NCBI GenBank assembly: GCA_026387435.1
Contig: JAPLLS010000035.1
Span: 1,692-65,691, forward strand
Direction: 5' to 3'
From: Candidatus Omnitrophota bacterium
GTDB taxonomy: Bacteria; Omnitrophota; Gorgyraeia; Gygaellales; Profunditerraquicolaceae
DNA length: 64,000 nucleotides
Part shown: one piece after another, positions 36,341-45,356 of the stretch
Layout: each line of letters starts with the position of its first letter
How positions within the stretch are numbered: position 1 is the first letter of the stretch
The notes under the pieces: generated by a model
Database searches by the model: none
Seen by the model: only the letters and a program-made list of their open reading frames with translations
Told to the model about the DNA's origin: nothing
Position numbers and translations under genes: made by a program

Positions 36341-36851
36341 AGGGATTGCTGAGAAATTCCAATAGGCAATTAATAATAGTAAGCGGCCCGGGAGGACAAC
36401 CCGGAATATGCAAAACAACCGGCAGAATATCTTTGATCGGTTTTTCAATGTAGTAAGAACCTTTAAAAATACCTCCGTCTAAGGCACAATCGCCGAGAGT
36501 GATCACAAATTTCGGTTCAGCCATAGCCTCATAAGTCTTGTTCAAAGCGATAAGCATGTTCTTGGATAACGGCCCGGTAACCAGCAGAGCGTCCGCGTGG
36601 CGGGGCGAAGCCACAAAATTTACGCCGAAGCGCTGCAAGTCATAGATGGGGTTGGTCGCGGAAATGATCTCCGATTCGCAGCCTCCGCAGGAACCGGTGT
36701 CGACTTCGCGGATATTCAAGGAGCGGCTGAATTTTTTAAATATAGCGGTCCTCAACTCGCCCCCGACGGATTCGATCTCGCGGGATATCTTCCTATCGAT
36801 ATGCCTGGTCACCACGCCTTTTAATATTCTGCTTTTTAATATATTTATCAT
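36333..36851 (-). CDS. NuoB-like small subunit of a group-4 hydrogenase-related (Ehr/Ech-like) complex; all four [4Fe-4S] cysteines present
   Basis: 172 aa; GSCGGCE, GDCALDGG and PGCPP motifs. Confidence 0.75.
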   Translation of the reverse strand: MINILKSRILKGVVTRHIDRKISREIESVGGELRTAIFKKFSRSLNIREVDTGSCGGCESEIISATNPIYDLQRFGVNFVASPRHADALLVTGPLSKNMLIALNKTYEAMAEPKFVITLGDCALDGGIFKGSYYIEKPIKDILPVVLHIPGCPPGPLTIINCLLEFLSNPYE

Positions 36852-36854
36852 GGT

Positions 36855-38432
36855 TTAGAGGTCGTTTCCTGAATACGACAGATCAAAACTTTTATTGCAC
36901 AGCGGAAAATCAGGAATAATATTACCTAAAACCGCATAAGCAAGCCCCTGCCAATTACGAAAAGAAGGATCTACTATCTTGCACCTGGCGATCATTCCCG
37001 CGGGATCAGTTTTAAGCCAGTAGAGAATCGGCCCTCTCCAGCCCTCGACGTAGCCTAAAGCGCAGCCTTCTTTTAATATTGGGCCAACTTTATTTTTATC
37101 GCAGCTGGATAGCTTACCCCCAAATTCCTCGATCAAGCGGCAGGATTCGACGAACTCAAAAATCCTCACTCTCAATCGGGCTAAAACATCCCCGGATTCC
37201 TCCAGCGCCATTTTGAATTTAGCTTCCTTATATACCCCGGGGAAACATTTTCTTAAATCAATGGCTACGCCTGAAGCCCGGCCGGCCAGGCCGAGCACTC
37301 CCAGGTCTTCGGCGGTTTTTTTGATCAAAACTCCGGCTGTATCCACCCTGTCCATAAAAGAACCGCTGGAATATAAAATTTCAACCAACTCATTGAAATC
37401 CCGCTTTATCTGTTCAAGAGATCCCAGAAGCAGCGTTTTCTTGCTTTCATTTATCTCGACGGAAACACCCCCCAGCGCATTAACATTTTTTAGATAACGG
37501 CTGGCAGTAAGCTTTTCGTTCAATTGCAGGATAGCTTCTTTGATGATCGAAGCATATGCGCTGGGATAACTAAAGCCCACATCTAAAGCTATGCCTCCGA
37601 TATCGTTGACGTGATTATACAGCCGCTCCAGCTCTAAAAATATCGCCCTTAAATAAGCTGCCTGAGAAATGATTGATATCCCGGAAATCTTCTCGGCCGC
37701 CCGGGTAAAAGCCAGGCTATGGCTAAAAACCGAATCCCCGCAAACGCATTCCGACAACTTCAGCGCTTCCAGATAAGACTTGCCTTCAAAAAGCTTTTCT
37801 GCTCCCCGATGGGTAAATCCCAGCCTGGGTTCCAGATTTATGATCGGTTCTCCAGCCACGCTAAAGCGGAAATGGCCCGGCCCGATGATCCCGGCATGCA
37901 CCGGCCCGACCGGGACTTCGAATATACCTTCCCCATCCACCCTGCCAAATTTATATTCCCCTAAATTTCCCGGCTGAACTTTCTGGAAATCCTTGCGCAG
38001 GGGGAAATTAGCCTGCGGCCAAACCTCATCATGCAGTTTTAACCGCCTTAAGTCCGGATTTCCCCTGGGCTCGATCCCGAACATCTCCTGGATCTCCCGT
38101 TCAAAGAGGCTGGCCGAATGCATGCTTTTGGCCAAGGTTTCAAAACCAGGGTTATCCTGCGGGATATCCATACTGACCATAACCCACTGGGAACTCCTGA
38201 AACCGCAGAACACGCCATTGACCACGAATACGCCTCTTTCCCGGCGCTCATCGAGGGCAAAAAGCATCATCACCGGCGAAGAAAGAATTTTATGCAGGGC
38301 CAGGGCCGTATCCTTGAAAATCCGCGGATCCACCTTAAGCCTAAGCTCATCCGGATGATCCTGAGAGCTCGCCAGCGCAACAAAATCCGGGAATTTGCTT
38401 TTTAGAGCTGAAATAATTTCTGAACAATCCAT
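36855..38432 (-). CDS. Fused NuoC/NuoD-like (HycE-like) large subunit lacking the NiFe-ligating cysteine pairs
   Basis: 525 aa. N-terminal L1 region reads ECVCGDSVFSH (not RxCGxCxxxH). The C-terminal reads …IVDPSFRNWQG in place of DPCxxC. The NuoD-like core (…ERLYNHVNDIGGIALDVGF…) is retained. Confidence 0.65.
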   Translation of the reverse strand: MDCSEIISALKSKFPDFVALASSQDHPDELRLKVDPRIFKDTALALHKILSSPVMMLFALDERRERGVFVVNGVFCGFRSSQWVMVSMDIPQDNPGFETLAKSMHSASLFEREIQEMFGIEPRGNPDLRRLKLHDEVWPQANFPLRKDFQKVQPGNLGEYKFGRVDGEGIFEVPVGPVHAGIIGPGHFRFSVAGEPIINLEPRLGFTHRGAEKLFEGKSYLEALKLSECVCGDSVFSHSLAFTRAAEKISGISIISQAAYLRAIFLELERLYNHVNDIGGIALDVGFSYPSAYASIIKEAILQLNEKLTASRYLKNVNALGGVSVEINESKKTLLLGSLEQIKRDFNELVEILYSSGSFMDRVDTAGVLIKKTAEDLGVLGLAGRASGVAIDLRKCFPGVYKEAKFKMALEESGDVLARLRVRIFEFVESCRLIEEFGGKLSSCDKNKVGPILKEGCALGYVEGWRGPILYWLKTDPAGMIARCKIVDPSFRNWQGLAYAVLGNIIPDFPLCNKSFDLSYSGNDL

Positions 38433-39856
38433 AACAGGTCCTTTTTAATGAATACCAGCACAAAACCTACCGCGCACATCTGAAAGAATAAAAACAAAAA
38501 AGCCAGCTTAGCGCTTAAAGGAGTACCGGCTGCTTTCATCCCCTTAGGAAGATTGCCAAAAAGCATTTCTCCGAAATGATAAATGAAAGCCCCGAAAATA
38601 ATCGCCAGAAAGAATAACAATAACCCGGCGATCAAATATGAGCCGTTAGTGAAAGCCGCGATTATGATCAGGATCTCGCTGATAAATATGGAAAAAGGCG
38701 GAAATCCGGTCAGCGCGAATACTCCCAAAAGGAGCATGATCCCCGTAAACGGCAGCGCTTTAATTACCCCCCGGATAGCGTTCATATTATGTTTCTGGTA
38801 AGCGCTGACAATATCGCCGGCGCCGAAGAACATGAAAGACTTGACCACCGCGTGATTAAGAACGTGTAAGAGTGCTCCGGCCATGGCTAAAGGAGCGCCT
38901 AAACCTAAACCCACGGAAATTATGCCGACGTGCTCGATACTGCTGTAAGCGAGCAGCCGCTTTAAATCTTTCTGGACCAGAATGAAACACGCGGATAACC
39001 CCAGAGAGATCAAGCCCAGGAGGATCATCAGGTTGCCGAAATAGGAAAACCCAACCCCCTTGATCACGATAATCCCAAATCTCAAAATGGCATAAAGAGC
39101 GGTCTTTAAGAGCACCCCGGAAAGAAGCGCGCTTATGGGAGCCACAGCCTGGCTGTGCGCATCAGGCAGCCAGGTGTGCATGGGAGCTAAGCCGGCTTTG
39201 GTCCCGTAGCCGACCAGGATGAAAATAAAAGCGACTTTGAGGATGTTCTTATCCATTTTTCCGGCTGAAGCAGCCAAAAGCGACCAATTCAAACTTTTCA
39301 CTCCTCCAGAAAGTGAGTATGCATAGGAAAAAAGGATCGTCCCTAAAAGCGCGAAAATTATGCCTACCGAACAAATGATAATGTATTTCCAGGCCGCCTC
39401 TACTGATTCCTTGGTGTTATAAAACCCGACCAAAAACGCCGAAATAAGAGTGGTCATTTCAATGGCCACCCAAAGCATGCCCAGATTATTCATTGCCGGG
39501 ACAAAAAACATCGAGAAACAGAATAGATTAAAAAGAGCATAATAGATCCGGGCTTTTTTCTTGGTCATTAGGCCCTTTTCCATGTCTTTTTTAATATACC
39601 CGATGGAATAAAGCGCGGCCGCGAAAGAAACTATGGAAATAACAAAGATAAAAAACGCGCTCAGCGCGTCCAGGTAGATGAAGCCAAAATACGTACAAGC
39701 GCTGTCGGCCAAAAGCGTTTCTTTTAAAAGCACGGCGCTGGCCGTTAACACAGCCAGGTATCCCAAACTGTTGATTATCCCGAAAACTTTTTTGTTAATA
39801 ACCAGCGCCCCCGCTGCAAGCAGAGCCGGGATGGCCAGGATCAAGACTATCAGCAT
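38402..39856 (-). CDS. NuoM/NuoN/MrpD-like antiporter-type membrane subunit (HyfF-like)
   Basis: 484 aa polytopic protein; complex I subunit 2/4/5 family features. Confidence 0.65.
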   Translation of the reverse strand: MLIVLILAIPALLAAGALVINKKVFGIINSLGYLAVLTASAVLLKETLLADSACTYFGFIYLDALSAFFIFVISIVSFAAALYSIGYIKKDMEKGLMTKKKARIYYALFNLFCFSMFFVPAMNNLGMLWVAIEMTTLISAFLVGFYNTKESVEAAWKYIIICSVGIIFALLGTILFSYAYSLSGGVKSLNWSLLAASAGKMDKNILKVAFIFILVGYGTKAGLAPMHTWLPDAHSQAVAPISALLSGVLLKTALYAILRFGIIVIKGVGFSYFGNLMILLGLISLGLSACFILVQKDLKRLLAYSSIEHVGIISVGLGLGAPLAMAGALLHVLNHAVVKSFMFFGAGDIVSAYQKHNMNAIRGVIKALPFTGIMLLLGVFALTGFPPFSIFISEILIIIAAFTNGSYLIAGLLLFFLAIIFGAFIYHFGEMLFGNLPKGMKAAGTPLSAKLAFLFLFFQMCAVGFVLVFIKKDLLWIVQKLFQL

Positions 39857-39861
39857 AAATT

Positions 39862-40497
39862 TTATCCTTTTAAACGCGAAAGCTTATTAACATCGATATG
39901 GGTAAAGAGTTTGTTGATCCGGTAAACAAAAAAACCCATGATCAAAACGCTCACAAACACGTCAAAAAATATAGCGATCTCCACAAAAAAAGGCATGCCC
40001 CCGGAAACCGCGGAGGCCACCAGAAATAAACCGTTTTCCATTATCAGAAGGCCGATGATCTGGGCCAAAGCGGTCATCCTGAAGATCATCAGGAATATCC
40101 CGGCAAAAACCACAAAAAAAGCTATGGCCAATATGCTGCCCCCCGCCAGCTGGGCCGCGGCGAGAAAATGCCTGGTAAAAACCCAGGATAAATAAGTAAA
40201 CCCCAAAGCCCACAGTAATGATAGCTGGGGATTAATCAATAATCCCAGGTTTTCGTTGGCCTTGATCCGTTTTATGATCCGATTTAAAAAATAAGGGATA
40301 AGAACCACCTTGAGAACAAAAAGCAACCCGGCAATTATATACAAATCCAACTCGTGCTCTTGCAGGGCAATAATCAAAGTTGCCAGGAACAAACAGAATG
40401 ATTGATAACGAAAACTGCGGATCAAAGCCGGGGTCCTTTTGGCAATAACCATAAGGTATGTTGAAACCAGAACCCCGAATAAAATCATAGCCTGCAT
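39862..40497 (-). CDS. Small hydrophobic membrane subunit (HyfE-like)
   Basis: 211 aa with about 6 TM helices. It sits between the antiporter-like and NuoH-like subunits. Confidence 0.5.
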   Translation of the reverse strand: MQAMILFGVLVSTYLMVIAKRTPALIRSFRYQSFCLFLATLIIALQEHELDLYIIAGLLFVLKVVLIPYFLNRIIKRIKANENLGLLINPQLSLLWALGFTYLSWVFTRHFLAAAQLAGGSILAIAFFVVFAGIFLMIFRMTALAQIIGLLIMENGLFLVASAVSGGMPFFVEIAIFFDVFVSVLIMGFFVYRINKLFTHIDVNKLSRLKG

Positions 40498-40498
40498 A

Positions 40499-41419
40499 TT
40501 AAACTCCTAAGATCGCGCAGACGACCGCGATAATTCCCAAGACAAAAGCAAAACCCAGGAAATCCGCCACTCTGAACAAGCGCATCTTGGCCACGGAAAC
40601 CTCGACCAGGGCCACAGAAATGGCAATGATGATTATCCTGGCCAAATACCATAAAAGCCAGAAAATTGTTTGCGCCGGTTCAACTGTTTCCAGGGCCGCG
40701 ATCGGAAAAATGATCTGGGCGATCAGGAAAAACAAGATCATCTGTTTGATGTAAGCGGCCATCTCGATTATCGCCAGCGATCTTCCGGAATATTCCAGGA
40801 TCATTGCTTCGTGGACCATGGTCAATTCCAAATGGGTCTCCTGATTGTCAACCGGGACACGTGAAGTCTCGGCAATGGTTATAAGAAACAGGGCGATCGC
40901 GCTGACTATACAAGATACAGATAGAGCGTGCATACCGCTGAATGCCGAAATATCCGTCGAGTTAAATTGCAGAGATATTGAAAACACCACCAGGCACAAC
41001 GCCGGCTCAACCAGGCTGGAAATAAACATCTCTCTGGACGAGCCCATGCCGCCGAAAGAACTACCCGTATCCAAAGCCGCCAGGGCCAGGAAAAAGCGGC
41101 CCAGGGAAAAAATAAATACCAGGGCCAGGAAATCTCCCATCTGATGCATCGGGCTGGCCAGGATCAATACCGGGATCAGTACTGCCGCGGCTAAAGTCGA
41201 AGAAATCAACACAAAAGGAGCGACCCAGAATATCCAGGATGCGGTTTGCGAGACCACCTCCCCTTTGGAAAAAAGTTTAGCCAGGTTGTAATACGGCTGA
41301 AAAATACTCGGCCCCTGGCGCAGCCGGATATTATTTTTTATCTTGGCGATCAGTCCGCTTAAAAACGGGGCGGCCGCGATAAATAAGATCAATTGCAGAA
41401 TAATCATCAATATTTTCAT
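40499..41419 (-). CDS. NuoH/HycD-like membrane subunit
   Basis: 306 aa; …RLRQGPSIFQPYYNLAKLFSKGEV… is typical of the complex I subunit 1 family. Confidence 0.7.
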   Translation of the reverse strand: MKILMIILQLILFIAAAPFLSGLIAKIKNNIRLRQGPSIFQPYYNLAKLFSKGEVVSQTASWIFWVAPFVLISSTLAAAVLIPVLILASPMHQMGDFLALVFIFSLGRFFLALAALDTGSSFGGMGSSREMFISSLVEPALCLVVFSISLQFNSTDISAFSGMHALSVSCIVSAIALFLITIAETSRVPVDNQETHLELTMVHEAMILEYSGRSLAIIEMAAYIKQMILFFLIAQIIFPIAALETVEPAQTIFWLLWYLARIIIIAISVALVEVSVAKMRLFRVADFLGFAFVLGIIAVVCAILGV

Positions 41420-41423
41420 AGTT

Positions 41424-43250
41424 TTAAAACCGTTGCATAAATACGATTAACAACAATAATGCCACAAAAATATAGGAAATGTACAGATGTATGCTGCCCG
41501 GCTGGATCTTTCTCATGAATTTTGCCGATTTAAAGACCCAATCCAGCGTCGGATCATAAATATATTTTTTGAATATCGGGGTGGTATGGGTTTCATAAGC
41601 GAAGGATTTGACGTGATAGAACGATTCCCGGATCTTCTGCGTTTTGCGGTAAGGCAGGAGAAAAAAACTAAAGGCTATCCGGAAGGGTTTAGAAAAAGCG
41701 GTAGCCGTGTATTCGTTGCGGCCGCCCAGTTTGTAATATCCGCAATCCCAGGTATTATAAATGGTTGCTTTCCTGTTAAAAATACGGTAGAGGACGAAGC
41801 CCGCGCCACCCAGGACAACTAAGGTCAAGGTCAGCATCAGCGGGGAAAGGTAAGCACTTGTTCCCGGCTGCGGGTTGAGGATAAAATTGTTGAGAGAAAA
41901 ACTCATACCATTAAGGTCGATACCCGTCGCGCAGCCGCAGACTTTAGCCAGCAATCTAACCACAAAAACAGCGGCTAAACCGAAAACTACGGTCAAAGTC
42001 GATAAAATAAACATTCCTAACCTCATGGAAAATCCCACCTCTTTCGCATTCAAAGCAAAAGAGCTTCTGGGCTGCGCCAGGAAAGTTATCCCGAAAGCTT
42101 TGACAAAACAGGCCGCGGCCAGTCCGCTGGTCAAAGCGAGCATAGCCGCGCACACAGCCAGGAAAAGCTTGGCTGCTCCGGATACTTTAATGGCGCCCAG
42201 AAAAAACGCCTGCAAAGTGAGCCACTCGCTCACAAAGCCGTTCAAGGGCGGCAACGCCGAGATGGCCATTGCTCCGATGAGGAAAAAAAGCGCGGTCTGC
42301 GGCATCTTTTTGATCAACCCTCCCAGTTTTTCCATATCCCGGGTCCCGGTTGCTTTATAGACGCTTCCGGCGCACAGGAATAAAAGCCCTTTAAAGATGG
42401 CGTGGTTCACCAGGTGATACAGTCCGGCGATCAGCGAGAATATTGACAGATAAGGCATATTCAGGCTCAAAAAGAACATCGCCAGCCCTACTCCTAACAA
42501 GATGATCCCGATATTCTCCACGCTGTGATAAGCCAGCAGCCTCTTAAGATCGTGTTCCATGAGGGCATAGACCACCCCGACCAAACAGGAAATCACGGCC
42601 AGGATCAGGACCAGGATCCCCCACCACGCAGAATGCACTCCCAGAATAAAGATCACGAACCGGATTATTCCATATATCGCGGTTTTGATCATCACCCCGG
42701 ACATGATACTGGAAATATGGCTGGGGGCCTGCGGATGAGCAGCGGGCAGCCAGATATGTAAAGGCACGATGCCGGCCTTGGTCCCGAAACCGACCAAGAG
42801 CAGCAAAAAGACTATATTTTTAGTTTGCCCGTCCATTAGCTGACAGGCATTTTTTATGGATAGGAAATCAAATGAATTGGCGGATTTATACATGATCATA
42901 AAAGCGGCGATCAAAAATGCGGTCCCGATATGGGTCATTACTATATAAATCAACCCCGCCTGGATGGATTTTTCGTTCTTATCATCGAATACGACCAGAA
43001 AATAGGAAACCAAAGACATGATCTCCCAGAAGACCAGGAAAACTAAAACATTGCTGACAACAACCACCAGCCCCATGGATAAAACAAAAATAAGCAGCAA
43101 TATCCAAGCCAGGGCTATTTTGGCCCGGGAGTACTCTCCTTTTAAATAGCCGATGGAATAAATTGCTGACGGCAAACAGACAATAAAGATCACACCCAGA
43201 AAAAATAAAGAAAGCGGATCGAATAATAGGTTAAAATTAATCTTTTCCAT
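41424..43250 (-). CDS. NuoL/HyfB/MrpA-like antiporter-type membrane subunit
   Basis: 608 aa polytopic protein; it is the first gene of the operon. Confidence 0.7.
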   Translation of the reverse strand: MEKINFNLLFDPLSLFFLGVIFIVCLPSAIYSIGYLKGEYSRAKIALAWILLLIFVLSMGLVVVVSNVLVFLVFWEIMSLVSYFLVVFDDKNEKSIQAGLIYIVMTHIGTAFLIAAFMIMYKSANSFDFLSIKNACQLMDGQTKNIVFLLLLVGFGTKAGIVPLHIWLPAAHPQAPSHISSIMSGVMIKTAIYGIIRFVIFILGVHSAWWGILVLILAVISCLVGVVYALMEHDLKRLLAYHSVENIGIILLGVGLAMFFLSLNMPYLSIFSLIAGLYHLVNHAIFKGLLFLCAGSVYKATGTRDMEKLGGLIKKMPQTALFFLIGAMAISALPPLNGFVSEWLTLQAFFLGAIKVSGAAKLFLAVCAAMLALTSGLAAACFVKAFGITFLAQPRSSFALNAKEVGFSMRLGMFILSTLTVVFGLAAVFVVRLLAKVCGCATGIDLNGMSFSLNNFILNPQPGTSAYLSPLMLTLTLVVLGGAGFVLYRIFNRKATIYNTWDCGYYKLGGRNEYTATAFSKPFRIAFSFFLLPYRKTQKIRESFYHVKSFAYETHTTPIFKKYIYDPTLDWVFKSAKFMRKIQPGSIHLYISYIFVALLLLIVFMQRF

Positions 43251-43453
43251 CGTTTTTATGGGATTATTTTAAAAAGGCCGGCCGCAACAATTAAAACCAG
43301 ACGATTTAATTGTTTGCACTGGGCAGTATACCTTAAAACTATATCTCTCCTTACGCATGAGCTTATTATACTACATTTTGCCATATACCCAAGAAAATAC
43401 CATCCAAAAGAGATAGATTTTATGTCCCTTTTGTCCCCTTTCTTGAGGGCAAT

Positions 43454-43744
43454 TTATCTCTTTTCCCTCTTTAACGAATCCAGGATAAATCCATCGATCC
43501 GCTTCCATAGGTACGAAGAAAATCTCACCGGGTGAGGATTTCCTTGCTTATCACAATACTCAAGATCGTAGCTATTAATCTTATTATAGACGATCAGAAT
43601 AGCTTCTGCGAGCAGATCCTCTCCAAACCGGGCAATTAAGTATGGAAATACTTTCTTGTAAATTCTAAAGATTAATAAACCAATATGGCGCAGAACAAGC
43701 TCATCCTTGCTTTTCTTGGAGCCGTTTTGAGCCTTGAAGATCAA
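43454..43744 (-). CDS. Small protein consisting only of a sigma-70 region-2-like domain
   Basis: 96 aa; …ELVLRHIGLLIFRIYKK…GEDLLAEAILIVYNKINSYD…VRFSSYLWKRIDGFILDSL parallels sigma70_r2. No region 4 is present. Confidence 0.4.
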   Translation of the reverse strand: MIFKAQNGSKKSKDELVLRHIGLLIFRIYKKVFPYLIARFGEDLLAEAILIVYNKINSYDLEYCDKQGNPHPVRFSSYLWKRIDGFILDSLKREKR

Positions 43745-43818
43745 TCTCCTTTCTATTTAGCTACTAAAAATAAAAATCCCCTATGCCGCGCATAAGGGAT
43801 TCATTGTTCGATTCCTCC

Positions 43819-44964
43819 CTACGCTGGCATTATCCAGATCAGGTTATTAGGGTAATCCGGATTTAGTTCTTCATGATTGGTCAAAAAGCGGGCTTTTAAT
43901 ATTCCTTCATCCCACTCGCCCTCCGCGGTAGAATCCCAGACTATCCCGCCGCCGATTCCCATTTCGCCTTTTTTGCCTTCAAGCAGTAGAGTCCTTATAG
44001 GAACATTAAAAAACAGATCCCGGCTGGGAGTGATGTAGCCGATAGCGCCGGTATAAATTTTTCGCTTTTCATCCTCCAGCGAGCGGATGATCTGCATAGC
44101 CCGGATTTTCGGGGCGCCGGTTACTGATCCTGAAGGAAAAAGTGACCCAAACAAATCATAAAGGGAGATTTGTTTGTCAACGGTGGCAGTTACCGTAGAA
44201 GTCATCTGGTAGAGCGTGGCGTAACGCTTAACTTCAAACAACTGTGGCACCTTGATATTACTACCGATTCTGCCCAGATCGTTACGCAATAAATCCGCGA
44301 TCATCACATTTTCAGCCCGGTTTTTCTCATCATATTTAAGACGCCAACCGGAAAATAAATCCGAGAATACAGTGCTACCTCTCGGCCAGGTACCTTTCAT
44401 CGGTTTAGTTGTAATGAACATGCCGCGCTTTTTCATGAACATTTCCGGCGAAAAAGAAAGAATCTTAAATGTTTCGGTTTCCAGGTAAGCCGGATAGGGA
44501 ACCGGCTGTTCCCGGAGGAGTTTGCGATACAACGAGAAGGCGTCTCCGTTAAAATAAAATTTCATTTTCAAGCAATAGGTGACCTGGTAAACATCGCCGT
44601 TACGGATATAATCACGAATGTACCCGATATCCTTGCGGTAATCAGGAATGCTGATTGCAGACCGGATATTGCGCAGAAGGAAATCCTTTATTGGTTTTTT
44701 AATAAAGGCTTTCCCGTGGCTTGGGGCTTCATAACAACCCAGATAAAGAAGCGGAAAATCGTATTCATTCTTGCTACGAAGCGTATCCTCAAAACCATAG
44801 CCAGCTTCATACGAAAAAAACCCGGCAACATAGTATCCTTTACTCAGAAAATGTTCTATAGTGGCGAATGATTCTGGAAGACCTTCGGGCTTGTAGCAGG
44901 AAATGATTGTTTTAGGGCGTGAAAAAAGTAGCGGTTTTTTTTCGAATCCGATAAGTATATTCAT
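43819..44964 (-). CDS. Chorismate-binding enzyme (aminodeoxychorismate synthase PabB / anthranilate synthase component I-like, short form)
   Basis: 381 aa; …GSVTGAPKIRAMQIIRSLE…RKIYTGAIGYI…MGIGGGIVWDSTAEGEWDE…. Confidence 0.7.
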   Translation of the reverse strand: MNILIGFEKKPLLFSRPKTIISCYKPEGLPESFATIEHFLSKGYYVAGFFSYEAGYGFEDTLRSKNEYDFPLLYLGCYEAPSHGKAFIKKPIKDFLLRNIRSAISIPDYRKDIGYIRDYIRNGDVYQVTYCLKMKFYFNGDAFSLYRKLLREQPVPYPAYLETETFKILSFSPEMFMKKRGMFITTKPMKGTWPRGSTVFSDLFSGWRLKYDEKNRAENVMIADLLRNDLGRIGSNIKVPQLFEVKRYATLYQMTSTVTATVDKQISLYDLFGSLFPSGSVTGAPKIRAMQIIRSLEDEKRKIYTGAIGYITPSRDLFFNVPIRTLLLEGKKGEMGIGGGIVWDSTAEGEWDEGILKARFLTNHEELNPDYPNNLIWIMPA

Positions 44965-45100
44965 GGAACACCTTATGCGTAAAGCCTGGGTGCCCCATGA
45001 AATAAAAGGCTAAATTATACATGGCTTTAATAAAAATCTTGATGAGCACAACCATCAGGGCATTCTTTATCTCTATGGTCTAAAATTCAAGAGATTTATA

Positions 45101-45174
45101 TGGTTGCCCCCTAAGGATTCGAACCTTAATTAACTGATCCAGAGTCAGTCGTGCTGCCATTGCACTAGAGGGCA
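45101..45174 (-). tRNA. tRNA-Gln (anticodon CUG) with encoded CCA
   Basis: Manual fold. Acceptor TGCCCTC/GGGGGCA. U8. D-stem GTGC/GCAC. Anticodon stem ACTGA/TCAGT with loop CTCTGGA. T-arm TAAGG-TTCGAAT-CCTTA; A-CCA 3' end. Confidence 0.7.
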
Positions 45175-45179
45175 GTAAT

Positions 45180-45356
45180 TTACCAGAGATTCTTCTTCAT
45201 CCAGGTATTGGCGTTCTGGGCGTCTGTCCAATCCTGTTTTGCTCCTGATGTCGCGCCTTCAGCCGCGCCCTTGGATGCGCGGTAAACAGTATTGCAACCG
45301 CTTACGGAAATCGCAAAGATCACTAAACCAAAAAGCAAAACGATTTTCTTGCTCAT
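45180..45356 (-). CDS. Small lipoprotein (entericidin-like size, 58 aa)
   Basis: The internal start MSKKIVLLFGLVIFAISVSGC has a lipobox. The ATG overlaps the gltX TGA stop (ATGA-type overlap). Confidence 0.4.
   Translation of the reverse strand: MSKKIVLLFGLVIFAISVSGCNTVYRASKGAAEGATSGAKQDWTDAQNANTWMKKNLW

Noticed and set aside
35561-36448. 116-bp overlap between the methyltransferase ORF and the NuoB-like gene
   Set aside because: The long N-terminal extension of ORF 35561..36448 is hydrophobic and non-homologous. An internal Met (MNKNPK…, start ~36340) gives a normal methyltransferase and reduces the overlap to 8 bp.
36855-38432. Functional [NiFe] hydrogenase large subunit, implying a formate hydrogenlyase or Ech hydrogenase
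   Set aside because: Both cysteine pairs that ligate the NiFe centre are replaced (ECVCGDS… and DPSFRN). The ferredoxin-like subunit is missing. An Ehr-like non-hydrogenase complex is more consistent.
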